Shown here: in pieces, positions 12,204-20,177 of the stretch
Position numbering within the stretch: the first letter of the stretch is position 1
How the letters are laid out: every line of letters begins with the position of its first letter
Assembly: GCA_963713805.1 (NCBI GenBank)
Contig: CAVQNF010000002.1
Coordinates: forward strand, 1-64,000
Reading direction: 5' to 3'
DNA length: 64,000 nucleotides
Source: an uncultured Alphaproteobacteria bacterium
GTDB taxonomy: Bacteria; Pseudomonadota; Alphaproteobacteria; Rhizobiales; Beijerinckiaceae
Notes under the pieces: generated by a model
Told to the model about the DNA's origin: nothing
Database searches by the model: none
What the model saw: the letters and a program-made list of their open reading frames with translations, nothing else
Program-made: the position numbers and the translations under genes

Positions 12204-13160
12204 TGCTCGGCTCCCGGAATGACGAGGCGCGTCGCATTGTGCGGGTCGACCGCGGTGACCTGGCCGACCTTCTTCAGGATCGAGCCGATACGCTCGTTGA
12301 ACACTTGCGTCAGCAGGGCCTCGCGCGAGGAGGTCTTCATCTCCTCGGCAAGCGCCGCGACTTCCGCCGTCTGGCTCGTGGCCTGGCTCACCCGCTCGGC
12401 GGCGGCCGCCTTCGCGCCCACGATGATCCGGTCATGGTGCTGGTTTGCGTCCTGACCCTTGCGCTCGGCGAAAGTGCGGGCCTCCGCGACGCGCTGATCG
12501 GCGCTTTGGATCGAGGTCAGCACATCCTCATAGGCTCGCTCCGCCCGCGAGCGCAGCGCGGCCGAGAGATCGACGCGGCTGATCTCGACGCCGAGGCCCT
12601 GCGTTTCGGTGTGCGAGCTCCGAAAGTCGCCGATTCATGGACGCCACCAGGTCAAGATGGAGCTGCTGGCGCTTGCCTGCCGCAAGGCTCGCCTCATCGG
12701 CCGGCCGCTCCGGCCGCGCCACCATGATGTCGTCGAGCTCGCGCGAGGCGACCAGCGACAGCGCGGAGGTTTCGTAGATGCGAAAGAGGGCTGGCTCCAC
12801 ATGGGTCGCGGAGAGCACGAAGGCCTCCGGATCGGTGATCTGGTAGTAGATATGCGCATCGAGATGCACCACGCCTCCATCTCCCGTGAGGAAGAAGTCG
12901 CCATTCGAGCGTGCGGCCGCGTCGTTTCTGAGGCCGAGGTAGTTGTTCTCGGGCGGGCGCGGGTCATTGGCGCTGCCGAGCCTGATCTGCGCGTCGCGCG
13001 CCGGGATGATCACGACCTGCTCGATCGGATGCGGCCAGGCGAGGAGGAGGCCCGCGTCCCTCACCCGGTTGAACTCGCCGAAACGGAGCACCACGGCGCG
13101 GCTCTGCGCCGGTATCTGACGGATGTTGCTCACCGACCAGAGCACGGCGAGAACGAGCAT
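12200..13160 (-). pseudogene. SPFH/band-7 protein, HflK-like, frameshift at about 12.55-12.6 kb
   Basis: N-terminal VVLRFGEFNRVRDAGLLLAWPHPIEQVVIIPARDAQI (SPFH). The C-terminus continues in another frame: ...ALLTQVFNERIGSILKKVGQVTAVDPHNATRLVIPGAEQ*. Confidence 0.6.
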
Positions 13161-13256
13161 GCCGAGGAAGACGAGGCGAAAGACGATCTGCAGGGATTGC
13201 GCCCAGGCGCCTTTCGGCTCGGGAGCTGCGATCGATGTGCGGAGCGTCGGGCGCGG

Positions 13257-14271
13257 TCATTGCGGGGGAGCCGGATTGAGCGACCAGCCTTGCGTCTGCG
13301 GCCCGTCGATCAGCACGCGGAAGGGCGCGGCGTCGGTGCGCAGGAAGATGCGCGTATTGGGGTTCGAGATGCGGTCGAGCGTGTCGAGCGAGCGCAAGAG
13401 CGTATAAAGCTTCGGATCGGTATTGAAGGCCTTGCTGTAGATGCCCGCGGCTTCCTCCCTGGACTTGGCTTCGATGCCGACCGCCTCCGCGCTCGCATTG
13501 GCGAGGAGGATGCGCGCGTCGCGCTCGGCGTCGGAGGTGATCTCGGCGGCCTTGCGCTGGCCTTCCGCCATTTGCGCGGCAGCCGCCGTCATCCGCTCCG
13601 CCGCCATGCGCGACACGGTGGCGTCGAGCGGACGGGTCGGAAGCGTCGAGCCGCTCGATGCCGAGCTGCTGGACGCTGATGCCGTAGGTATCGAGGAGTT
13701 GCTTGTCGAGCTGCGCCGCGAGCCGGTCCTCGAGCGCGGCGATCTCGACGCGGCCGGGATCCGTGTTCACGAGGCTCGCGAGCTCGAAGCTCGACACGGT
13801 GGTCTCGAGCGCCGAGCCGAGGAAGGTGCGGATCTGGCTCGCCGCTTCGTTCGGCTGGTTGCGCACGGCGCGCAGATATTGGCGCACATGGTCGGGATCC
13901 GCCTCCACGCGCCAGGCGACATAGGCCTCGACCAGAATGCGCAAGCCGTCCTTGGTGCCCACGTCCTGAAGCCCGCTCGAGGTCGTCTTGAGGCGAAGGT
14001 CGACGGGCAGGACGGTCTCGAAGGGCGGCGGCAGCTTCCATCTCAGCCCCGGCTCGATCAACACGCGCACCGGATCGCCGAAGCGGCTGACGACGAGCGC
14101 ATCGCCCGCCGTCACCAGCACCGACGAGGCGGCAAGAAGCGCCGCCACGCCGACGAGGCCGGCGATCGCGAAGCGCGCGGCCGAGGCGAAGGGCCTCGAT
14201 CCCGCGGGGCTCTCCTCGTCATGGTGGTGGTGATGATGCCCAGCCCCGTGGAGATGGTGATGATGCGTCAT
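13257..14271 (-). pseudogene. SPFH/band-7 protein, HflC-like, with a His-rich N-terminus; frameshift at about 13.65 kb
   Basis: MTHHHHLHGAGHHHHHHDEE..., then a TM segment, then SPFH (ALVVSRFGDPVRVLIEPGLRWKLP...). After LGIERL the homology moves to another frame (TLPTRPLDATVSRMAAERM...KAFNTDPKLYTLLRSLDTLDRI...). ATGA overlap with the upstream gene. Confidence 0.6.
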
Positions 14272-16136
14272 TTGTTCGGCTCCTTGTCGCCGATGTCCTC
14301 GTCCGGAACGGGGGGCGCGAGCGTGCGGAAGCTGCGCATGTCGATGATGGTCTCGCCGCCAGACCCGGCGATGCGGTGGTCGAGAAGCGTGATCGGCGCG
14401 GAAGCGAAGTCGCGCGTGATCGCGGAAAGATAGCGCTCGAAGAGATAGGGCGATCCCGCCGCGACGAAGGCACGCTCATCGGTCGCGAAGCGCAGGGCAT
14501 CGGATTGCGCGAGCGTGACGCGCTCGACCGCGGCGGCATTTGCGCTCGCGAGCTTCTCGGTCGCGCTTCGCCCCGCCTCGCTCAGCGACGTTATGGCGCG
14601 CCGCCGCGCCTCGGAGATCATGGCCTCCGACCTGATGCGCGCCGCCTGGACCTCATGATAGCTGTCGGCGGCCTTGGCCGGGGGATGGATCGCCTCGACG
14701 ATCACGGCGACGAGCTCGATCCCCGTGTCGGCGCGGTCGAGCGCCGTCTGAAGATCGTGGCGCAACTCTTCGGCCACGCCCTCACGCTTCTCGCCCAAGG
14801 CGCCGAGAAGCGTGCGCGTCGAGAAATAGCGGGCCAGCAGGCGGCCGGCGAAGGCGCGCAGAAAAGCTTGCGGGTCGCGCGCCCGATAGGCGCTCGCGAG
14901 CGCCGCCTCGTCGCTCAACCCGACACGCCAGATGAGCTCGACATCGACATCGACGACCTGAAAGGCGGAGCGGCCCGAAGCATCGCTCGCGATGAGATAG
15001 CTCGTCTCGGTGGGATGGCTTTGATCCCAGAGGCGGTCGGCGCCAGAAGGCGCCGCGTCCTCGACGCCGACCGCTTCCGCGCCCGCCATCCCCGCCTGGG
15101 CGTCGGGAGCGCCGAGCGACAAGGCGTGAACTTCGCCGAAATCGACGCGGCGGACGATGCCCAAGGGCCAGGGCAAGCCGATATGCAACCCCGGCTGCAA
15201 GACCGCGACGGGGCGCCCGAGACGCTCGTAAATGCCGCGCTGATCGGCGGCGAGAAGCGTCACGCCGGAAATTCCCCAGGCGAAGAGCAAAAGCAGGAGC
15301 GCCACCGGCATGATCGCGGATCGCACGAATCCGAGTGCCCAGCTCCGGGACAGATCGATGCCGATCTGATCTTGCAGCGACTGACGCCAGGCGCCTTGCG
15401 AGACAAGCTCGGGCGTGAGCAAACCCGCGGCCGCGCTCGAGACGCAGCCGAGCGCGCGCGTCGGGCCGGACGCCGGTTGAAAGAAGACCGCGAGCGAGCG
15501 CGCGGCAAGCTCCAGGGACACGAGGAACAGGAAAAGCCGCAGGATCGGCTCGACGAAACCCGCGAGGAGGAACCCATACCCCTCCATCAATGCGAGCACG
15601 GCTTCGATCGTGAAAGTCAGGAGGGCGAGGCGCAAGAGCCGCCGCAGCGCCAAAGCTTCCGGGAGCCGCAAGCCGATGGAGCCCGCATAGGCGCGCTCGG
15701 CGAGAAGCAGCGGAAAAGCCGCGGCCAGAAGAATGGCGCCGCGCATGAAGAGCATGCGGCTCAAAAGCCCGACCTCCGCCGGCACGGGCCAGCGCCAGGT
15801 CAGCGCCAGGATCGCCAAAGCCGCGCCCGCGAGCATCACCAGCGCTTGCGCGGTCCCCGCGAGGGAGGCTCGGAGATCGGCTGGCAGCGGACCGAAGGGC
15901 ACGATCCGGGCGAGCGGCGCCCGAAGCCATGTTGGGAGAAGGCCGCGCGCCGCCCGCGTCCTCGAAGCCTCGGCAGACGCAGGCGGGCCTTGCTCGCGCA
16001 AGGCCGAGGAACGCGCCCCGGCGACGAGCGCGCAGGCGATGAAGGCGCCCGACACGAGGGCGAGCGACGCGCCGGCCAAGCGCAGGAAGGATTGATCATA
16101 GGCGTATCTTGCAAGCAGCCCGCCCGTGGCGCGCAA
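14268..16136 (-). CDS. Large polytopic membrane protein with a C-terminal SPFH/band-7 domain
   Basis: Uninterrupted 622-aa ORF with an N-terminal multi-TM region and an SPFH-like core (GIYERLGRPVAVLQPGLHIGLPWPLGIVRRVDFGEVHALSLG). It is the first of three tandem SPFH genes upstream of the P-type ATPase. Confidence 0.55.
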   Translation of the reverse strand: MRATGGLLARYAYDQSFLRLAGASLALVSGAFIACALVAGARSSALREQGPPASAEASRTRAARGLLPTWLRAPLARIVPFGPLPADLRASLAGTAQALVMLAGAALAILALTWRWPVPAEVGLLSRMLFMRGAILLAAAFPLLLAERAYAGSIGLRLPEALALRRLLRLALLTFTIEAVLALMEGYGFLLAGFVEPILRLFLFLVSLELAARSLAVFFQPASGPTRALGCVSSAAAGLLTPELVSQGAWRQSLQDQIGIDLSRSWALGFVRSAIMPVALLLLLFAWGISGVTLLAADQRGIYERLGRPVAVLQPGLHIGLPWPLGIVRRVDFGEVHALSLGAPDAQAGMAGAEAVGVEDAAPSGADRLWDQSHPTETSYLIASDASGRSAFQVVDVDVELIWRVGLSDEAALASAYRARDPQAFLRAFAGRLLARYFSTRTLLGALGEKREGVAEELRHDLQTALDRADTGIELVAVIVEAIHPPAKAADSYHEVQAARIRSEAMISEARRRAITSLSEAGRSATEKLASANAAAVERVTLAQSDALRFATDERAFVAAGSPYLFERYLSAITRDFASAPITLLDHRIAGSGGETIIDMRSFRTLAPPVPDEDIGDKEPNK

Positions 16137-16384
16137 GCCTTCCCCGAGCAGGAGAAGACAGGCGAGGAAGCTCGAAGAGCCGATGAGATCAGCAGGCGAC
16201 GGCCACGCGCGACCTCCGCGAAGGCCGCCTCGCGCGGCAGCTCCGTCGTTTCCAACGCCGTCCGTTGATCGAGCAAACAGGCACCTCGCCGCATCCGCGA
16301 TGGTCGGGCTCTTGCGGACGCCGGGGGGAAATTAGCAAAGCGGCGTGCCGAGCGCCATGCGGCGGAAAAACGGGCTCCGAGAAG

Positions 16385-16830
16385 AACTGGTTCCCCGCCT
16401 GCGCGGGGATGAGCGGGAGAGGTTTGGCCCCCCCGCTCAGGCCCGCAGCCTCACCCCCGCTCATTCCCGCAGCCTCACCCCGCTCATTCCCGCAGCCTCA
16501 CCCTCGCTCATTCCCGCGAAGGCGGGAATCCAGGCTCGTAGGGCAGCTCCGAGAACAGCTGGTTCCCCGCCTGCACGGGGATGAGCGGAGAGGTTTGAGC
16601 CCTCGCTCATTCCCGCAGCCCCACCCCCGCTCATTCCCGCGAAAGCGGGAATCCAGGCTCGTAGGGCAGCTCCGAGAACAGCTGGTTCCCCGCCTGCGCG
16701 GGGATGAGCGGAGAGGTTTGAGCCCTCGCTCATTCCGGCAGCCCCACCCCCGCTCATTCCCGCGAAAGCGGGAATCCAGGCTCGTAGGGCAGCTCCGAGA
16801 ACAGCTGGTTCCCCGCCTGCGCGGGGATGA
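16385..16830. repeat. Tandem array (about 123-bp period, about 3.5 units) of double-hairpin palindromic elements
   Basis: Recurring modules are ggttccccgc-ctgc-gcggggatgagcgg and gctcattcccgc-gaaa-gcgggaatccagg, separated by a ctcgtagggcagctccgagaacagctgg spacer and gctcattcccgcagcc(c/t)cacccc linkers. Direct repeats are visible at 16506, 16629 and 16752. Confidence 0.8.
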
Positions 16831-16891
16831 GCGGAGGGGTGAAGGCGCCGGCCCCCTCACCTCTCCCGCAGGGTCCCGCAGGGAGAGGTGA

Positions 16892-18910
16892 TCAGCGGCA
16901 GAGGTTCACGCGCGTGCGGCAGACCTCGATGAAGCTCGAGTTGAAGCTGATGAGCGAACCAAGCGGGTTGCCGTTCTCGTCGAGCGTCGGGGCGCTGGAG
17001 TTCTTCTTCATCGTCGATCCGCCCGAATTCCCGGCTTGCGAGCCGCTTGTATCGGAGACTTGCACGATGAGGCTCGCGAGCACCGGATCGATGAAGGAGA
17101 AGACCGGCGTTCCGTTGCCCTGATCCATGCTGAAGGGCACGGGCGGGAGCGAGTTGTTCGCCGCCGTGACGAGAAGCGTGCCGGGCACGAAGGTGATGTC
17201 GAAATTCGGCGAGCTCACGCCGCCGGCGAAGATCTTGAAGCTTCCCGGCGAGCCCGTGGGCGCGTTCGTCGTGAAGCTGAGCATGCCGGTAAGCGCGCTC
17301 GGCCCGAGCCCCCCGGGGAACGGCCCGAAGCTCGCGCTGAACACGGGCTCCGGCGTGCCGACCACCTGCGTTTCGTTGCTCGCCGTGATGGTGAGCGGCG
17401 CCGGCGTGATCGTGCCCGTCGCGTTGACGACGGTGAGCGTGTAATTCCCGCCGCCATTGCCGTCGTTCACCGTGAGCGGGCCGAGCGCCATGGCGCGGCT
17501 TCCCGCATTCGCCGAAGCGAAGCTCTCGGCGAGCCCGCTCACGCTGTCGGTCCCCTTGAGGCCCGACACTTGCGCGCTCACGCTCGAGCCCGTGGTGCCG
17601 TCGAACACCTTGTTGTCCGACACTGCGCTCACCGTGAGCTGCGCCTTGTCGATCGTGCCCGTGGCGTTGACGAAGGTGATGGCGTAATTCCCGCCGCCAT
17701 TGCCGTCGCTCACCAAACCCGACGCCGACAGCGTGCTGCCATTCTGGCCGAGCACATTCTTCGAGCCGAAGGCTTGCGTGTAGCTCGCCGTGTCGTCGAC
17801 GTTGTGGCCCGTGACGATCACGGTTCCACCTGCCGCTCCGCTCATCCCCGCGAAAGCGGGGATCGAGTTCTTCGAGCCATTCCCGGCCGAGCCTGGGTTC
17901 CCGCCTGCGCGGGAACGAGCGGAGGGGGTGCCGCCGCTCACGTCGATGCGGCCCGTCACCTTCGCGAGCTTCGTCGCCTTGATGGTGACGCGCCCGCCCG
18001 AGCCGTCGCGGTTGCTCGCCGAAATGCGGCCCGCTCGCGAAGACGCTGCCGCCCGCCGTGAGCCACACATGGCCGCCGCGCATCGCGCTGCCCGTCGCGC
18101 GAATCATGCCGGTGTGATTGCCGGCGAGCGCATAGACATTGCCGCCCGCGGCCTTGAGCTCGGCTTGCGCCGCCGCGATCGCGCCCTTGTTCCTCACATC
18201 GCCCTTGCCGTAGCGCACCGCCATGCGGCCGCCGCCGACCGACATGTCCTTGAGGAGCACCTCTTGGCCGGCGCCCAGGCCCACCGTCCCGTTCGGCGCG
18301 TTGATCGAGCCCGAATTCACCACCGAGCGCGCGATGAGGAAGACATCCCCGCCGGAGGACGAGATCGAGCCGAGGTTCTTCACCATCCCGTCGCTTCGCG
18401 CCCTTGCCCTCGAAGCGCAAGGTCGAGCCCGCCATGAAGTTCTGGTTCGAGATGTCGAGCGAGGAGGCGACGAAGGAGCCGCCCGTCGTGATGACGCCGC
18501 TCTTGCCGACCACCACGCCTTGCGGGTTCACGAGATAGACCGAGCCCGTGGCGCGCGAGCGTGCCCATGATCTGCGAGAGCGATGCCGCCGGTGACGCGA
18601 TCGAGCGTCGCGCCCATGCCGTTGTTGATCTTGACCGTGCCGCTCTTGCCGATCGAGAAGCTGTTGAAATCGATGATGCCGCGCTGGCTCGATTGCGTGA
18701 TCGTCTCGGTGAGGCCTTGCGTGCCGATCGAGCCCGTGCCTGCGACAAAATGCCCGCCTTGCGGGAGCATGTTCGCCGGGACGGCGACGGGCGAGCCCGC
18801 CTGCGCCGCCGAGGCCGCAGCAAGGAGTGAAGTGCTTGCGAGCGCCGTGCTCGCCGCGAGGCTTGCGAGGAAGCGCCGATGGGCACCACGTCGGGCCGTG
18901 CCGGGAGCCA
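16892..18910 (-). pseudogene. Filamentous-hemagglutinin/TpsA-like exoprotein (TPS secretion domain plus MBG-like repeats), frameshifted; no TpsB partner in the window
   Basis: Signal peptide MAPGTARRGAHRRFLASLAASTALASTSLLAAASAAQA. TPS domain LPQGGHFVAGTGSIGTQGLTETITQSSQRGIIDFNSFSIGKSGTVKINNGMGATLDRVTGG. The sequence continues in other frames (NPQGVVVGKSGVITTGGSFVASSLDISNQNF...; ...ATGSAMRGGHVWLTAGG). The C-terminal part has GNGGGNYxxTxVNATGTI...LT(I/V) repeats. Confidence 0.65.
17841..17930. repeat. One copy of the double-hairpin element inserted in frame inside the FHA-like coding sequence
   Basis: ccgctcatccccgcgaaagcggggatcgag...gggttcccgcctgcgcgggaacgagcgg. It is translated as ...GNPGSAGNGSKNSIPAFAGMSGAAGG... 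inside the ORF. Confidence 0.7.
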
Positions 18911-19280
18911 TGCGCCCCCGCTCGCTCTCGAACACGCCCGCCTCGCGGCAGGCCCCATCAGAATGACGAATGGACATAGTGCCCCTCATTGCGTCAGCAA
19001 GGCCGAAATCGGCCTTGAGGCTTTGCCTCATCAGATCGCTTATGAAACTAGCCTCAACTCTAACTTCGACGTGAGCACGTGGAAGATTGAGCGCCCGTGA
19101 CGTTCGTAAGGCACGCCGAGCACTCTCATACAGCCTCTATTCCCTTTAACACAGCCGGGCCCCACAAGATATCGTGATCGTTGCGGCCCATTTCCCTGTG
19201 CAATTGTCCGGCTTATCTACTACGGATAAATTTGTAAATGGCCGTTCACATGTACCAACTTTTGTTAGCGATGGCCAACA

Positions 19281-19352
19281 AGCCTGGATTCCCGCTTGCG
19301 CGGGAATGAGCGGAGGTGAGGCTGCGGGAATGAGCGGGGGTGAGGCGCGGAA
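19281..19352. repeat. Double-hairpin element fragments (inverted orientation relative to the 16.4-16.8 kb array) abutting the GIY-YIG start
   Basis: cctggattcccgcttgcgcgggaatgagcgg aggtgaggctgcgggaatgagcgggggtgagg is the reverse complement of motifs in the 16.4-16.8 kb array. Confidence 0.7.
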
Positions 19353-19640
19353 ATGAGCTTCTACGTCTATATTCTGGCGAGCCGACGCAACGGCACGCTC
19401 TATATCGGCATGACGGACGATCTCAATCGGCGGGTTTTCCAGCATCAGGAAGGAGTGTTCCCGGGATTCACCAAAAAATACGGGGTCAAAATTTTGGTCT
19501 GGTTCGAGCAGCATGAAACCCGCGAGAGCGCCTTTCGTCGAGAGCGCGCTTTGAAGAAATGGAATCGAGCCTGGAAGCTGGCGCTCATCGAGCGCTCCAA
19601 TCCGACTTGGCGTGATTTAGCCTTGGAACTTGAACCGTGA
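19353..19640 (+). CDS. GIY-YIG nuclease family protein (small, UvrC-N-like)
   Basis: MSFYVYILASRRNGTLYIGMTDDLNRRVFQHQEG...: the GIY-YIG core (YVYIL..GTLYIG..DL.RR...H). 95 aa. The ATG lies inside a repeat motif variant (gcgcggaaATGAGCttc). Confidence 0.85.
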   Translation: MSFYVYILASRRNGTLYIGMTDDLNRRVFQHQEGVFPGFTKKYGVKILVWFEQHETRESAFRRERALKKWNRAWKLALIERSNPTWRDLALELEP

Positions 19641-19666
19641 GCCGTCATCTCATACCTCTCCGCCGT

Positions 19667-19808
19667 CCCCGCTATGCGCTACATTTCCGCTCATCCCCGC
19701 AATGCACTACATTTCCGCTCATCCCCGCAATGCACTACATTTCCGCTCATCCCCGCAATGCACTACATTTCCGCTCATCCCCGCAATGCACTACACATTT
19801 CCGCTCAT
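19667..19808. repeat. 28-bp direct tandem repeat, 5 copies (ccccgcaatgcactacatttccgctcat)
   Basis: Adjacent copies at 19667, 19695, 19723, 19751 and 19779 (the last carries a 2-bp insertion). No spacers, so not CRISPR. Confidence 0.8.
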
Positions 19809-19925
19809 CCCCGCGAAGGCGGGGATCCAGTTCTTGGAGCTGCCCTATAAGCCTGATTCCCGCTTGCGCGGGAATGAGCGGGGGTGAGGCTGCGGGAATG
19901 AGCGGGGTGAGGCTGCGGGCATGAT
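19801..19925. repeat. Complete double-hairpin element plus tail
   Basis: ccgctcat-ccccgc-gaag-gcgggg-atccag-ttcttggagctgccctataagcctg-attcccgc-ttgc-gcgggaat-gagcgg, then gggtgaggctgcgggaatgagcgg. Confidence 0.75.
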
Positions 19926-19945
19926 GGGTGGGCTCAAACCTCTCG

Positions 19946-20035
19946 GCTCATCCCCGCAATGCCCTACATTTCCGCTCGCCCCCGCAATGCACTACATTTC
20001 CGCTCGTCCCCGCAATGCGCTACATTTCCGCTCAT
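19946..20035. repeat. 28-bp tandem repeat, 3 degenerate copies
   Basis: ctcatccccgcaatgccctacatttccg / ctcgcccccgcaatgcactacatttccg / ctcgtccccgcaatgcgctacatttccg. Confidence 0.7.
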
Positions 20036-20145
20036 CCCCGCGAAGGCGGGGATCCAGTTCTTGGAGCTGCCTTATAAGCCTGGATTCCCGCTTGCGCGGG
20101 AATGAGCGGGGGTGAGGTTGCGGGAATAAGCTGGGGCGAGGCTGC
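20028..20145. repeat. Second complete double-hairpin element plus tail
   Basis: Near-identical to 19801..19925 (ccgctcatccccgcgaaggcggggatccagttcttggagctgccttataagcctggattcccgcttgcgcgggaatgagcgg...). Confidence 0.75.
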
Positions 20146-20177
20146 GGAATTCCGTAATTCTCCTAATTCAGAATGCG

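Noticed and set aside
11125-12237. 370-aa minus-strand ORF (Arg/Gly-rich) overlapping the P-type ATPase in another frame
   Set aside because: Low-complexity R/G/P composition. The ATPase motifs are in the 10227..12203 frame.
14376-16268. 630-aa plus-strand ORF
   Set aside because: Antisense to the SPFH membrane protein, with extreme Arg/Glu/Gly bias.
16265-16891. 208-aa ORF with repeated ...PRSFPQPHPRSFPRKRESRLVGQLREQLVPRLRGDERRG...
   Set aside because: This is a translation of the 123-bp DNA tandem repeat array. The periodicity is at the DNA level and the other strand gives equally open frames. It is not a protein-coding gene.
17036-18061. 341-aa plus-strand ORF and 16857..18386 minus-strand C-terminal portion
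   Set aside because: Arg/His-rich junk. The real FHA-like sequence is in the alternative minus-strand frames.
19667-20035. Possible CRISPR array (28-bp direct repeats)
   Set aside because: The repeat copies are directly adjacent with no unique spacers, there are no cas genes, and the units are half-sites of the palindromic element. This is a tandem repeat, not CRISPR.
19630-20115. ORFs 19630..19887, 19637..19924 and 19921..20115 (FPLIPAMHYISAHPRNALHFRSS...)
   Set aside because: These are artefactual translations of the 28-bp and hairpin repeats.
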